This document shows positions 35,963 to 44,836 of a DNA stretch of 64,000 nucleotides, piece by piece; the first letter of the stretch is position 1, and every line of letters begins with the position of its first letter. Origin of the DNA: a virus (Duplodnaviria > Caudoviricetes). The stretch spans positions 1-64,000 of the IMG/VR virus record IMGVR_UViG_3300020112_000204; one strand, given 5' to 3'. The position numbers were made by a program, and so were the translations under genes. A model generated the notes under the pieces. The model was not told the origin of the DNA. It ran no database searches and saw only the letters and a list, made by a program, of their open reading frames with translations.

Positions 35963-36296
35963 CTGTCATCACACCCTCCTTAATGAACATATCTAATACT
36001 TCTCTCTGGGCTGGAGTTATTATCTCAGCTTTGTATCCGCAACTCCACACGGAGACACAACCTGTCTGTTGAATAAGCCAAGTAAGGTAGTCAAACCACA
36101 TACTCTGAGGACAGCTTTCTATGAACTCCTGACGAGACATACCACGCTGAGTCCTACCTATTTCTATAAGCTTCTCTTGGTGGCTAGGGACAGCATATTC
36201 TACTGTCCCGTCTGCTCTGACTACCACCTCTAAATAGTTCTTATAGATGCTCATATGCTTGCCTAAATCGAACTCGCAGCTTAAGTCATACATCAA
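35946..36296 (-). CDS. hypothetical protein
   Basis: ORF coupled to the polA stop. Confidence 0.7.
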   Translation of the reverse strand: MMYDLSCEFDLGKHMSIYKNYLEVVVRADGTVEYAVPSHQEKLIEIGRTQRGMSRQEFIESCPQSMWFDYLTWLIQQTGCVSVWSCGYKAEIITPAQREVLDMFIKEGVMTDGQIY

Positions 36297-38329
36297 TGCC
36301 CCTCCGACCAGTTTTTACAAATCCGCACATCCGCATCGAGAGGTACTTCTAGCTTGAGAACATTTATCATAGTCTCCTTTACCTCTTTTGCAAGCTCTTC
36401 AGCAAGCTCATCTTTCACGACTATGAGTATCTCATCGTGCACCTGTATCATTAAGTAAGCTCCATCATATTTGGGAAGAACCTCGAAGTGTAACTTATTC
36501 ATAGCCAACTTCATAATGTCTCCTGCTGAACCCTGAATCTTGTTATTGATGCTCTGTCTTTCTGCCGAGCCTTTCTCAGACCACACCTGTGAGTTTATCT
36601 GTGGAAGTCTTCTCTTTCTACCTGTCAAAGTTCTAAGGCTCTGGTACTTTCTAGTCATAATCTTGGTCTTTTCCATAAAGTTCTTTACAGCGGGGAATGC
36701 TCTGAAATACATATCAATGTACTCCTGAGCTTCAGACTCGGTCATTCCTGTTCCACCAGCAAGACCTTTAGCACCCATACCATAAATCAGACCAAAGTTT
36801 ACTGACTTTGCGTTCTGTCGCATAAGCAATACTGCCTTATCCTGTTCTGTAAGGCATCCTTCGTGGTCATGCTTTTTAGCAATCTCAAACGCCTCATACG
36901 GAATGTGCTTAACCTGTGATGCTGTCTGTGCGTGTAGGTCTCTGCCCGTTCTGTAGGCTTCCACCATAACTGGGTCTTTACTAAAGTGAGCCATAACCCT
37001 TAGCTCAATCTGTGAGTAGTCAGCATTGATTATGCTATGTCCCTCTGGAGCGATAAAGGCTCTCTTTATCTCTGTTTCCTTGTCTCTTGACGGAATGTTC
37101 TGCAAGTTCGGATTATTCGATGACAATCTACCTGTTACGGTGCCTGTCTGGTTAAACTGACCATGTATCTTGCCGTCTGCTCTTATCTTCTCAAGCAAAC
37201 CTGTGATATATGTACCCTCAATCTTTGAGAGCATCTTATACCTTGCTATCTTCTGTGCTATCGGGTACCCTTTTCTTGCTAGGATACGCATAGTCTCTGA
37301 GTCTGTAGCAGGAGTTCCTGTCTTTGTTCTACCAAGTACTGGGCAACCCATTTCCTCGAACAGAATCTTTCCTAGCTGCTTAGGGCTATTAACATTTACA
37401 GGCTTACCCGCAAGCTCATTGATATCTGCTTGCAGTTGCATCATCTCAGACTTAACCCAAGTACCTGTCTTTTTCAAGTACTCTACATCAAGGTCTACTC
37501 CGTGGATTTCCATAGAAGTCAGAACCTTAACAAATGGGCACTCAACCTCTAGGAACACTTTAGTCAAACCCTCTGACTCAAGCATTGGTGCTTGCTTCTC
37601 CATGAGCTTATAGGTTACAATAGCGTCATCTGCACCATACTCTGTAGCTAAAAGAAGCTCTACAGACTTAAAGCTCACACCTTTTCCAACAACTTTGTCG
37701 AATGGAAGCTGTTCGTAGTTAAAATACCTGCGAGACTGCTTTTTCAGACCATGCTCATTGTTCTCATTCAAAAGCCAGTCTGCAATCATTGTGTCAACAA
37801 CTTCTCCTGCTACATCTATGCCACAAGTAAAGTGAAATACCTGCATATCGAACTTAGCATTTTGCAAAATCTTTGTGACTGTTTCATCCTCAAGAAGAGG
37901 CTTAACTAAGTCAATGTAGTCTTTCTTTGACATCTGAATTTCAAGAGTGTCATGAGCTAAAGGAATGTACCAACCCTCTTTACCATCACAGAATGAGCTA
38001 CCGACTAACTGACAGCTAACATAATCAAGTGAGTCTGTTTCTGTATCAACGGAGAACGCACCTGACTCCCTGCACTTTCTGACCACCTCTGCGAAATCCT
38101 CTTTAGTCTGAACCAGATACTTAGGTATCCCTAGAGTATCCTCACCAACGCTTATATGAAGAAAGTCTCCATCATTTGTAGGCTCATCTGGAAGACTAAA
38201 CTCTGCTTGAGCTTTTTCAAATGCCTGTTCCTCAAAGCTCTTATTTGGCTTTGAACCTAAGTAGTAGGTCTTGTCGATGGTCTTAAGCCCGAACTGACCT
38301 TTAACATATACCTTTTTGACTAACCTCAT
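36293..38329 (-). CDS. polA: family A DNA polymerase with 3'-5' exonuclease domain
   Basis: VDTET (ExoI), QNAKFD, YGADD, motif A ADYSQIELR, motif B RQNAKSVNFGLIYG, motif C QVHDE. Confidence 0.95.
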   Translation of the reverse strand: MRLVKKVYVKGQFGLKTIDKTYYLGSKPNKSFEEQAFEKAQAEFSLPDEPTNDGDFLHISVGEDTLGIPKYLVQTKEDFAEVVRKCRESGAFSVDTETDSLDYVSCQLVGSSFCDGKEGWYIPLAHDTLEIQMSKKDYIDLVKPLLEDETVTKILQNAKFDMQVFHFTCGIDVAGEVVDTMIADWLLNENNEHGLKKQSRRYFNYEQLPFDKVVGKGVSFKSVELLLATEYGADDAIVTYKLMEKQAPMLESEGLTKVFLEVECPFVKVLTSMEIHGVDLDVEYLKKTGTWVKSEMMQLQADINELAGKPVNVNSPKQLGKILFEEMGCPVLGRTKTGTPATDSETMRILARKGYPIAQKIARYKMLSKIEGTYITGLLEKIRADGKIHGQFNQTGTVTGRLSSNNPNLQNIPSRDKETEIKRAFIAPEGHSIINADYSQIELRVMAHFSKDPVMVEAYRTGRDLHAQTASQVKHIPYEAFEIAKKHDHEGCLTEQDKAVLLMRQNAKSVNFGLIYGMGAKGLAGGTGMTESEAQEYIDMYFRAFPAVKNFMEKTKIMTRKYQSLRTLTGRKRRLPQINSQVWSEKGSAERQSINNKIQGSAGDIMKLAMNKLHFEVLPKYDGAYLMIQVHDEILIVVKDELAEELAKEVKETMINVLKLEVPLDADVRICKNWSEGH

Positions 38330-38535
38330 TAGTAACCTATCCCTCCGAAATTGTAGTTTCCCTGCTTGATTGCCTCATGGTCAGCCTGTACCGCTTCTTT
38401 GTAGTCCTCACGCTGAGTCTCTTTTCGCTTACACTCCATGCAAATACAGTCTTCATTGTACATAGACATCGTTCTACCATTTTCGAGAGAACCACCACAC
38501 CTGTCACAACGAGTCTGAGTAAAAAACTTATCCAA
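38329..38535 (-). CDS. small Zn-finger hypothetical protein
   Basis: CDRCGG and CICMEC. Confidence 0.65.
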   Translation of the reverse strand: MDKFFTQTRCDRCGGSLENGRTMSMYNEDCICMECKRKETQREDYKEAVQADHEAIKQGNYNFGGIGY

Positions 38536-38731
38536 AACAAATACCTCCCTCTAAGAACATAGTCATATCAACTGCGTCCTTAAAATTCTTACTTTCCATA
38601 AAATCCATGAACTGGTCGTATGCTTCAGGCTCACTAGCCTTGAGTCTCCTCAAACTCTGGCAGAGTCGGGAGTAGAAGCCCTGACTTAATGCCAAGGCTT
38701 CCATTGTCTTTTCTATCTCAGTTCTGTCCAT
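38528..38731 (-). CDS. hypothetical protein
   Basis: ORF. Confidence 0.6.
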   Translation of the reverse strand: MDRTEIEKTMEALALSQGFYSRLCQSLRRLKASEPEAYDQFMDFMESKNFKDAVDMTMFLEGGICFG

Positions 38732-39176
38732 TACTCTCGAATCCTTTCAACTGCCCAACAATTCTCCTGCACTCACCCTCGCAGTATTCTAAATCCTTAG
38801 GGAACTCATCATCGAAGAACACGAAACTGTCTCTCATAGACTCTATGAGCCTAATGTGCTGAGGCGAGTCGCTAAAGTACTCAAGCCCCTTATCAAAGTC
38901 AGGCTTATCTCCCCAGTGGGCACAATCGAAGCCAATCCACCAGATGCCCTCTGATTCCACGCTAATAAGTGAGCTATCACTGTAGGTCAAGCATCCGTGG
39001 CACTCAACGGGAATGTTCTCATACATCTCTCCATAAAACGGGTGAGACTTGGGTACTCCTACATACCCGCATCTGTGGCAAGTGGGCATGAACTTAACTA
39101 CGCAAGTGTACCCATCAAGTTCAAAAATGCTCTCTACTATGTCTTTCATCATATTATCTTCCTCCGTATAATGCAA
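38718..39176 (-). CDS. conserved phage hypothetical protein
   Basis: HRCGYVG.P..HP, VH/ECHG.LTY, WWIGFDCAH. Confidence 0.7.
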   Translation of the reverse strand: MHYTEEDNMMKDIVESIFELDGYTCVVKFMPTCHRCGYVGVPKSHPFYGEMYENIPVECHGCLTYSDSSLISVESEGIWWIGFDCAHWGDKPDFDKGLEYFSDSPQHIRLIESMRDSFVFFDDEFPKDLEYCEGECRRIVGQLKGFESNGQN

Positions 39177-40875
39177 ATATTATTCTCTGAACGAGTTTTC
39201 CGATGGCTTCAAAATGCTCTTTCGTGTTGTCCAGTGTTCCATAGATGACATGAGCCATCTCGTGAGCGATTGTGTCAATATTCATAAGAACGAACTTCAT
39301 GTCCTCTGCGGTGAGGTCACTAGCGTCATCCTTAAGACCTTTGTACTCAGCCAGATACTTGCGATTGATAAAAATCGAGTTACCCTTGGCTACTGCGAAT
39401 GACTCGAACTCTTCCTTGCTGACCTCATCCCCATCAATATTGATTACTCTGTAGCTTCTAACATCTGCGATAGAGAACATATCATATCGACCTGCTACTG
39501 AACGACCTATCTCTGCTAGAATCTTGTAGGCTCTGATTTCAGCTTCGTTCTGAGGCGTGATGTTCTTGAAGTCTACACGCATAGTTACTAGTTTAGGCAA
39601 CTCACTAATGTGCCTAAATCTTCTGTCCTCCATAAGGACTTTCTCCTCAAGTACATTTCTTATTTCTACAACGGGAATGTTGTAAAGCTGAGCCAACTGA
39701 ATTGCATCCATCATCGTGGGTACCTCAGAGGTCTTAACATAGAACCCATACTTAAGCTCTTTAACGCCAATACCCGTTTGCTTGGACTCCTTTACGGATA
39801 CTGGGATATGGGTTATAGCTGATTCAGAGCTAAAATCAGCAACAGAGCCAATCTTAACTCCTGATACTTTTCTAACCCCTTCACCTGAACTGGGAGTAGA
39901 CTTGTGAGTCTTATGCTCACGCTCTTCCTCATCCTTAGAGTCTGATAGAAACTTGAACTTTACTAATCCTCTGTAGTCACCAATACTCAGATATCTTTCT
40001 ACGGTGTCTGCATACTTAGCGATGTCCTCATCCGAGCCCCTTCTCAGAACTGAAATGAACATCTTCTTAACCTCTTCCTTAAGGCTCTCGGTCATCCTAT
40101 CATAGTCGCTATCATAAATCACATCTTTCCTGTCAGGACTTCTGAGACTGATTTTGCCATCAACAAAATTGAGGACACCTCTTACTCCCCACATGGGCTG
40201 GTTTTTTACAAATCTTGAATAAGCGAATGTTCTAAGGCTATCATCATAGCCATCTGCTCCCCACTTGAAAGGCTGAATCCAACCCGTGAACCATTCATTG
40301 CTAACCTTCTTTGCGAAGATGTTTTCTGTGTCGGGTTCAGTTCCAGCGAACTTGACCCTTTCACCATTGATGCTCATCGTTGGGGACTTGATGTACTTTC
40401 CCACTTCTCTGAACCTTGATATCGTTGCCCACTGCGAGTACTCATTAGTCATATCACTAAGGACTACTACAAATCCACTTCTTCTAGTACTGCGTCTGAC
40501 CTTGATGCAATCCGTGGTCTCTTTCTCGAACATTTCCTTTACATCAAATACAGCATCAAATCCAATGCTGGACACCTTAATCGTGTCTGCTACCATCATA
40601 GTAGAGAAAAATCCCTCTCCAAAAGGATTCTGAGACGCTACTGACTCGTCCCATCCACTTGAGGACTTATCGAAAAGGACTTGGGGGTCGGAACACCCAA
40701 CCCCGTTGTCCTCTATGATTACTCGGTCATATTCAACTGTTACCTTGATGTGCGTTGCCTTTGCTCTCTGGGCATTCTGAACCAATTCATCCACCCAAGT
40801 CAACCTGTCTGCATAAGTGCTATGTCTGAGCTTTTTCATCTCATTGAGTACATTTACCTTAACTTCCATTACCAA
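39154..40875 (-). CDS. GHKL (HATPase_c) ATPase with C-terminal HExxH zincin-like motif
   Basis: ELVQNA, EDNGVG, FGEGF, VSS Bergerat motifs; AHEMAH near the C-terminus. Confidence 0.78.
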   Translation of the reverse strand: MVMEVKVNVLNEMKKLRHSTYADRLTWVDELVQNAQRAKATHIKVTVEYDRVIIEDNGVGCSDPQVLFDKSSSGWDESVASQNPFGEGFFSTMMVADTIKVSSIGFDAVFDVKEMFEKETTDCIKVRRSTRRSGFVVVLSDMTNEYSQWATISRFREVGKYIKSPTMSINGERVKFAGTEPDTENIFAKKVSNEWFTGWIQPFKWGADGYDDSLRTFAYSRFVKNQPMWGVRGVLNFVDGKISLRSPDRKDVIYDSDYDRMTESLKEEVKKMFISVLRRGSDEDIAKYADTVERYLSIGDYRGLVKFKFLSDSKDEEEREHKTHKSTPSSGEGVRKVSGVKIGSVADFSSESAITHIPVSVKESKQTGIGVKELKYGFYVKTSEVPTMMDAIQLAQLYNIPVVEIRNVLEEKVLMEDRRFRHISELPKLVTMRVDFKNITPQNEAEIRAYKILAEIGRSVAGRYDMFSIADVRSYRVINIDGDEVSKEEFESFAVAKGNSIFINRKYLAEYKGLKDDASDLTAEDMKFVLMNIDTIAHEMAHVIYGTLDNTKEHFEAIGKLVQRIIFALYGGR

Positions 40876-41096
40876 TCTTCCTCCGTGTCCTCGTATCCGT
40901 TCTCATAAGCTTTTTCGTTAGCCATATCTACATACTCATCACATACAGCTATCAGGTTACAGTAGTCACCACTTGTGGCTCTGTCGTGCATCTCCTGAAC
41001 CTTATCTGCTAAGCCCTCACGCTTGAGAGCTCTTGAGGTGTATCCCATAATTGCGAAAGCGTTTCCATCAACGCCGATTAGAGTGTACTTTGCCAT
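40869..41096 (-). CDS. conserved phage hypothetical protein
   Basis: LIGVDGNAFAIMG...ATSGDY pattern. Confidence 0.7.
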   Translation of the reverse strand: MAKYTLIGVDGNAFAIMGYTSRALKREGLADKVQEMHDRATSGDYCNLIAVCDEYVDMANEKAYENGYEDTEEDW

Positions 41097-41099
41097 GTC

Positions 41100-41519
41100 T
41101 TAATCCTCCACTTGTACATAAATATAAATCTTTTCTCCTACGAGCAAGTTATCACTGCCCCTGCCATTGAGTTCCTTAACTGCCTGAACCCATTCTCTGA
41201 CATCACCTGAAGTGAACGAGCAACCGATATCCCAAAGGGTATCACCGCCCCTTACTGTATAGGTAGCTACCTGCCATTCGTCTGAGTCCCAAGCTTCCTG
41301 TGTGTCCGCAAAAGCACAGAGACACAAGCCCATGAACAGAAATGCAACAAATGCTATCACAGCCTGCCGAACTCGGTCTTTCATCTGCTTGTTGCGATTG
41401 TTCTTAGCCTCGTACTTATCGAAGCCTCCCTCGGGGTCGTAGAATAAGTAGTCATCCATCTTATGCTTCCTCCTCATCCATGTCATCAAATCCCTCGAAC
41501 ATCCTGTTCCAGCACTCAC
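41100..41519 (-). CDS. membrane-anchored LysM protein (YneA-like)
   Basis: Hydrophobic segment AVIAFVAFLFMGLCLCAF then YTVRGGDTLWDI...IKELN-like LysM. Confidence 0.75.
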   Translation of the reverse strand: MSAGTGCSRDLMTWMRRKHKMDDYLFYDPEGGFDKYEAKNNRNKQMKDRVRQAVIAFVAFLFMGLCLCAFADTQEAWDSDEWQVATYTVRGGDTLWDIGCSFTSGDVREWVQAVKELNGRGSDNLLVGEKIYIYVQVED

Positions 41520-41709
41520 CGCAGGTACCGCTGATGAATACTTCTCTTACCTCAGGGCTCACATTCGGGAGAGCATCCTGAATGAGCATCTTTCTCTGCT
41601 CCCAAGCCTGATACCTTACAAACTCCTCATCCGTGAGGTCTAATGTGACAACCTTACTGCACATTCTGCATCTTGCTCCGACTCTGATTACTTTTCTGTC
41701 CATTTTCAT
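41461..41709 (-). CDS. hypothetical Zn-binding protein
   Basis: CRMC and CGEC. Confidence 0.65.
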   Translation of the reverse strand: MKMDRKVIRVGARCRMCSKVVTLDLTDEEFVRYQAWEQRKMLIQDALPNVSPEVREVFISGTCGECWNRMFEGFDDMDEEEA

Positions 41710-41718
41710 TATCCTTTC

Positions 41719-42288
41719 TTAAACCTTAGTCATACCTGATTTAACTGAACCTGCTCTTTCGATATAGGAAGAAGTCCAACCTTTTGTTCTTTCGACTGCT
41801 TCTTCAATCTCTTCTTGTGTGGTCGGGTAAACCTCTAATCCCTTTACCATCTTGCACCCTCTGTCCTTGAAAGACTTGTACTGTGCTGGCTTTGAGGTCT
41901 TGCCCTTTCCCTTAGCGACTTCAGCCTTGGTAGCCTTTCCAAACTGGGCTACTTGAGCTTTAGCCATTCTTGCATCCGTGGCTTTTACAACTGTTGTCTT
42001 GGTCTTGCCATCCTTGTTTGATACGAATGTGACTACGAAGTTCTTAACCTCTCTGTTCTCTTTCTTCTCTGATTCCACTTCCTCTCTGTGTGTCCTGCCT
42101 GTGGTAGGAACAATGTATTTTCTATTCTTGTTGTCGAACGCAACTTCTCTAGCCCCGACTGCCGTCCAACCGTACTCACTCTTGACTAGATTCTTAGCAT
42201 CCTCTTTTGAGTAAGCTTTAACTGTGATGGTCTTGTAGTTTCCAATTCCGTACTTCCAACACTTAACTGAGAAATAAGGCATATCCAA
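41719..42288 (-). CDS. basic hypothetical protein with internal two-fold repeat
   Basis: F.V...KT..VKA...AK..V repeated twice. Confidence 0.7.
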   Translation of the reverse strand: MDMPYFSVKCWKYGIGNYKTITVKAYSKEDAKNLVKSEYGWTAVGAREVAFDNKNRKYIVPTTGRTHREEVESEKKENREVKNFVVTFVSNKDGKTKTTVVKATDARMAKAQVAQFGKATKAEVAKGKGKTSKPAQYKSFKDRGCKMVKGLEVYPTTQEEIEEAVERTKGWTSSYIERAGSVKSGMTKV

Positions 42289-42316
42289 ATTCCTTTCTGC
42301 CCAACTGGGTCTTTTA

Positions 42317-42496
42317 TTAACCTAACGCAATGATGTTTACTACTACTGTGAATTCCTTGCTTCTGTACCCGACTTTAGCAAGCTTGTTGTATACGGACAC
42401 AATCTGGAAGAAAACTTCTGCTTGCTCCTCCCAATCTGATGCCGTGTAATACCTGTCCACCAATTCACTGAGGATTGCTTCTACTTCTGAGTTCAT
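42317..42496 (-). CDS. hypothetical protein (start probably MNSEVEAIL)
   Basis: AAGGAG RBS before the ATG at 42496. Confidence 0.6.
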   Translation of the reverse strand: MNSEVEAILSELVDRYYTASDWEEQAEVFFQIVSVYNKLAKVGYRSKEFTVVVNIIALG

Positions 42497-42504
42497 ATCT
42501 GACT

Positions 42505-42905
42505 CTCCTTTCCTGTGGTTATAACCACAGGTCAAGGGGCAACATTAGCTTTGCCCCTATCCCTCTAGTTACAACTAGGGACAGATTGCTGAACGCCTAC
42601 TTGGGGTCACGCCCGCACCCCGAACCAACTCTAGCTTCCTTTATCCGAGTCTAGTCCCGAGACCTTTCGGCTATCCACACTATAACTTTCATCAGCTTCG
42701 GCAGTCATTTCAATCTGTCTATCCTGTTGTTCCTCTCCCTTTCGGCTTCATCGCCTACCCCTCGGATTGTACCACATCTGTGTCGATTACGAGTGTCGGG
42801 TTCGTTTGCTGAATCAGTATTTGTTAGGCTTTAATTAACCTATATCCTATCTTTGACTTATCAAAGACACGAGATAACTTAATCGTTGCTTTACCTTGTA
42901 TAAGT
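42505..42905 (-). ncRNA. candidate large structured RNA / 5' leader
   Basis: ORF-free ~400 nt, at least five hairpins, two AGCCGAAAGG repeats, two long-range helices. Confidence 0.45.
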
Positions 42906-42907
42906 GG

Positions 42908-42990
42908 TGTTTTTATTTTATTATATAATAGAATTATGAATAGGGTATGAATTTTCTATGAATTTTCTGTGAATTATTTTTAGCGTAAAA
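42908..42990 (-). promoter_or_regulatory. conserved ~80-bp element, copy 2
   Basis: Heptamers at 42935, 42946, 42957, 42968; palindrome ATTATATAAT at 42920-42929; same spacing as copy 1. Confidence 0.7.
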
Positions 42991-42993
42991 TGC

Positions 42994-43028
42994 AATAAAA
43001 AACGAGTACCCTGTCAAAGGTACTCGTT
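42994..43028 (-). terminator. rho-independent terminator after endolysin
   Basis: AACGAGTACC/GGTACTCGTT 10-bp stem plus U-tract. Confidence 0.88.
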
Positions 43029-43041
43029 ATTCTTTTCAGTG

Positions 43042-43980
43042 TCATTTCTTGAGCAACTGATTTACTTTAGCCTGTACTGCATCATAGTCATACCCAGCCT
43101 GAGTTAGCTTTCTCTTGCGTTCAGAGCCTGTACCCCACTTTCCCTCGAGAACTTCTTTCGCAAGCTCATCTACAGATTTCTTCGAGGACTGAGCAACTGT
43201 AGTGCCGCCCTTTGTGGTAACAAAAGCACTGAAGCCTTTCTTCTTGAGTTCATTGACCAGATTCTCTGCGTTCTGTTTTACAGAGAAAGCACCAAGCTGA
43301 ACCTTGTAATACGGGGAAACGCTTACAAGAATAGCATCCTTATATCCTGCTGACTTCAGAGTCTGAAGCTGTTTCTCAGCATTAGCCTTTACAGAGTATG
43401 CTCCGACCTGAACACGATACAAAGTCTTAGTCTTTGTGCCTGTGTCGCCATTCAGAAGCTTGTTTACCTCAGAGGCGATATAGCCGTGTCTCTCGTACAG
43501 ATAAGTGCCGGGACAAGACTTATTAGCAAACCATCTGTGGACAGTCATATTCTGCTTATCCACCTGACCTATAAGACTCTTGTCACCTTTCCACTTAAGC
43601 TCTTTGATACCATTTCTCTTACAAATATCCGCACAGAGCTTAATCAGAGACTTAAGAGCAGCGTCAGTTACTGCATAGGGTTCTGTGGTATCAGAAGCTA
43701 CCTCAATAGTAACTGCTCTGTTGTCATTCTCAGCAGAAGAGGTACACCAAGAACGGTCTTTCTCTTCTACATACATACCAACCTTTCCGTCATACCCGAC
43801 ACCATAATTAGAACTAGCCTGACGGGAAGAGGATGCAAATACATTACCCAGACTTTCTACCGATGCTTGACCTACAACACAATGAATGGATATAGTGTCA
43901 ATAGCGTGATTTCTAGGACTGTTTCTATTAGGGCTAATCTTGGTGAACGATACAAGACTTGAGTTACTCATTACTATCAC
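43042..43980 (-). CDS. endolysin: Amidase_2 + two SPOR-like repeats + CW_7 (Cpl-7) domain
   Basis: ISIHCVVG, SSNY, AVTIE, HRWFANKSCPG; YRVQVGAY x2; LAKEVLEGKWGTGSERK..GYDY..VQ. Confidence 0.92.
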   Translation of the reverse strand: MIVMSNSSLVSFTKISPNRNSPRNHAIDTISIHCVVGQASVESLGNVFASSSRQASSNYGVGYDGKVGMYVEEKDRSWCTSSAENDNRAVTIEVASDTTEPYAVTDAALKSLIKLCADICKRNGIKELKWKGDKSLIGQVDKQNMTVHRWFANKSCPGTYLYERHGYIASEVNKLLNGDTGTKTKTLYRVQVGAYSVKANAEKQLQTLKSAGYKDAILVSVSPYYKVQLGAFSVKQNAENLVNELKKKGFSAFVTTKGGTTVAQSSKKSVDELAKEVLEGKWGTGSERKRKLTQAGYDYDAVQAKVNQLLKK

Positions 43981-44341
43981 TCCTTTCTATGCCTGTTCCA
44001 TTAAACTTACCATCGTCCAATAAATCCTTGCAGAGGTCAAACCAAAGCTGAACGACTTTTCTCAGGAGATTTTCAGATATAACCAGATTGAATGGGAACG
44101 GGAGAGCTTCAGTTACAAGACCAACTACATAGTTAAACTTCTCCTGATTTTCACCCTGCTTAAAAGCGTGTTCCGCAGATACGAAACCCTTATAAGCAAC
44201 AGACCGTACTGTTTCCAGACCTACTTTCTGAATGACCTTGATGCAAATGTACACTACAAGAGCGGACACTGCAACAATAGCCGCAATAAGCCAGAAACGA
44301 TTTTCTACGAGCATTTCGTACATAGTGGTATCTCCTTTCAA
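43964..44341 (-). CDS. putative holin
   Basis: N-terminal TM segment; immediately upstream of endolysin. Confidence 0.65.
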   Translation of the reverse strand: MKGDTTMYEMLVENRFWLIAAIVAVSALVVYICIKVIQKVGLETVRSVAYKGFVSAEHAFKQGENQEKFNYVVGLVTEALPFPFNLVISENLLRKVVQLWFDLCKDLLDDGKFNGTGIERSDSNE

Positions 44342-44820
44342 CTACTAAATGAATTTTCGTGCAAACACTTATTGTACACTTCTTTTACATATTCCATTTC
44401 AGAATCAATAAAATGATTCTGTAAATTTCTTTTACTACAGATGCTTAAATAATCATCGTAATCACGAGCTACATTCTCGAACTGTGCTTTTGTGTGCCTT
44501 GCTCCTGACCTACAAGAGTCGGAGAACGAAAGCATAGCTGCTCTTAGTCTCCTTGCCTCTTTCTCGTCTGCATCATGCCCAGCTTTGACAAACCTCTCTT
44601 CTACATCTACACGAAGCTTTTCTATCGAGTCGCTGTTCTCTTTCTGCTGCTTTTCAAGTGCATCCAACTTACTATTCAGACTGGCAGTAAACCTACAACC
44701 TATCCACGAAAACAATGAAGTCAGAGGATTCCATTTTATCGGGGTTATTTCAACAAAGACGCTGAGCAATGCTAATGCTCCTAAAGCCCATCCTGAGGAT
44801 TCCTTAAAGAACTCTAGCAT
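44338..44820 (-). CDS. lysis-cassette membrane protein (holin-like)
   Basis: N-terminal TM, EITPIKWNP motif, position in lysis module. Confidence 0.55.
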   Translation of the reverse strand: MLEFFKESSGWALGALALLSVFVEITPIKWNPLTSLFSWIGCRFTASLNSKLDALEKQQKENSDSIEKLRVDVEERFVKAGHDADEKEARRLRAAMLSFSDSCRSGARHTKAQFENVARDYDDYLSICSKRNLQNHFIDSEMEYVKEVYNKCLHENSFSS

Positions 44821-44836
44821 ACTCTTTTCCTTTCTG

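Noticed and set aside
42640-42705. Hammerhead ribozyme (CUGAUGA ... GAAA on the minus strand)
   Set aside because: The core words are present, but stem II lacks the G10.1-C11.1 closing pair and stems I and III do not pair canonically. Kept only as part of the generic ncRNA candidate.
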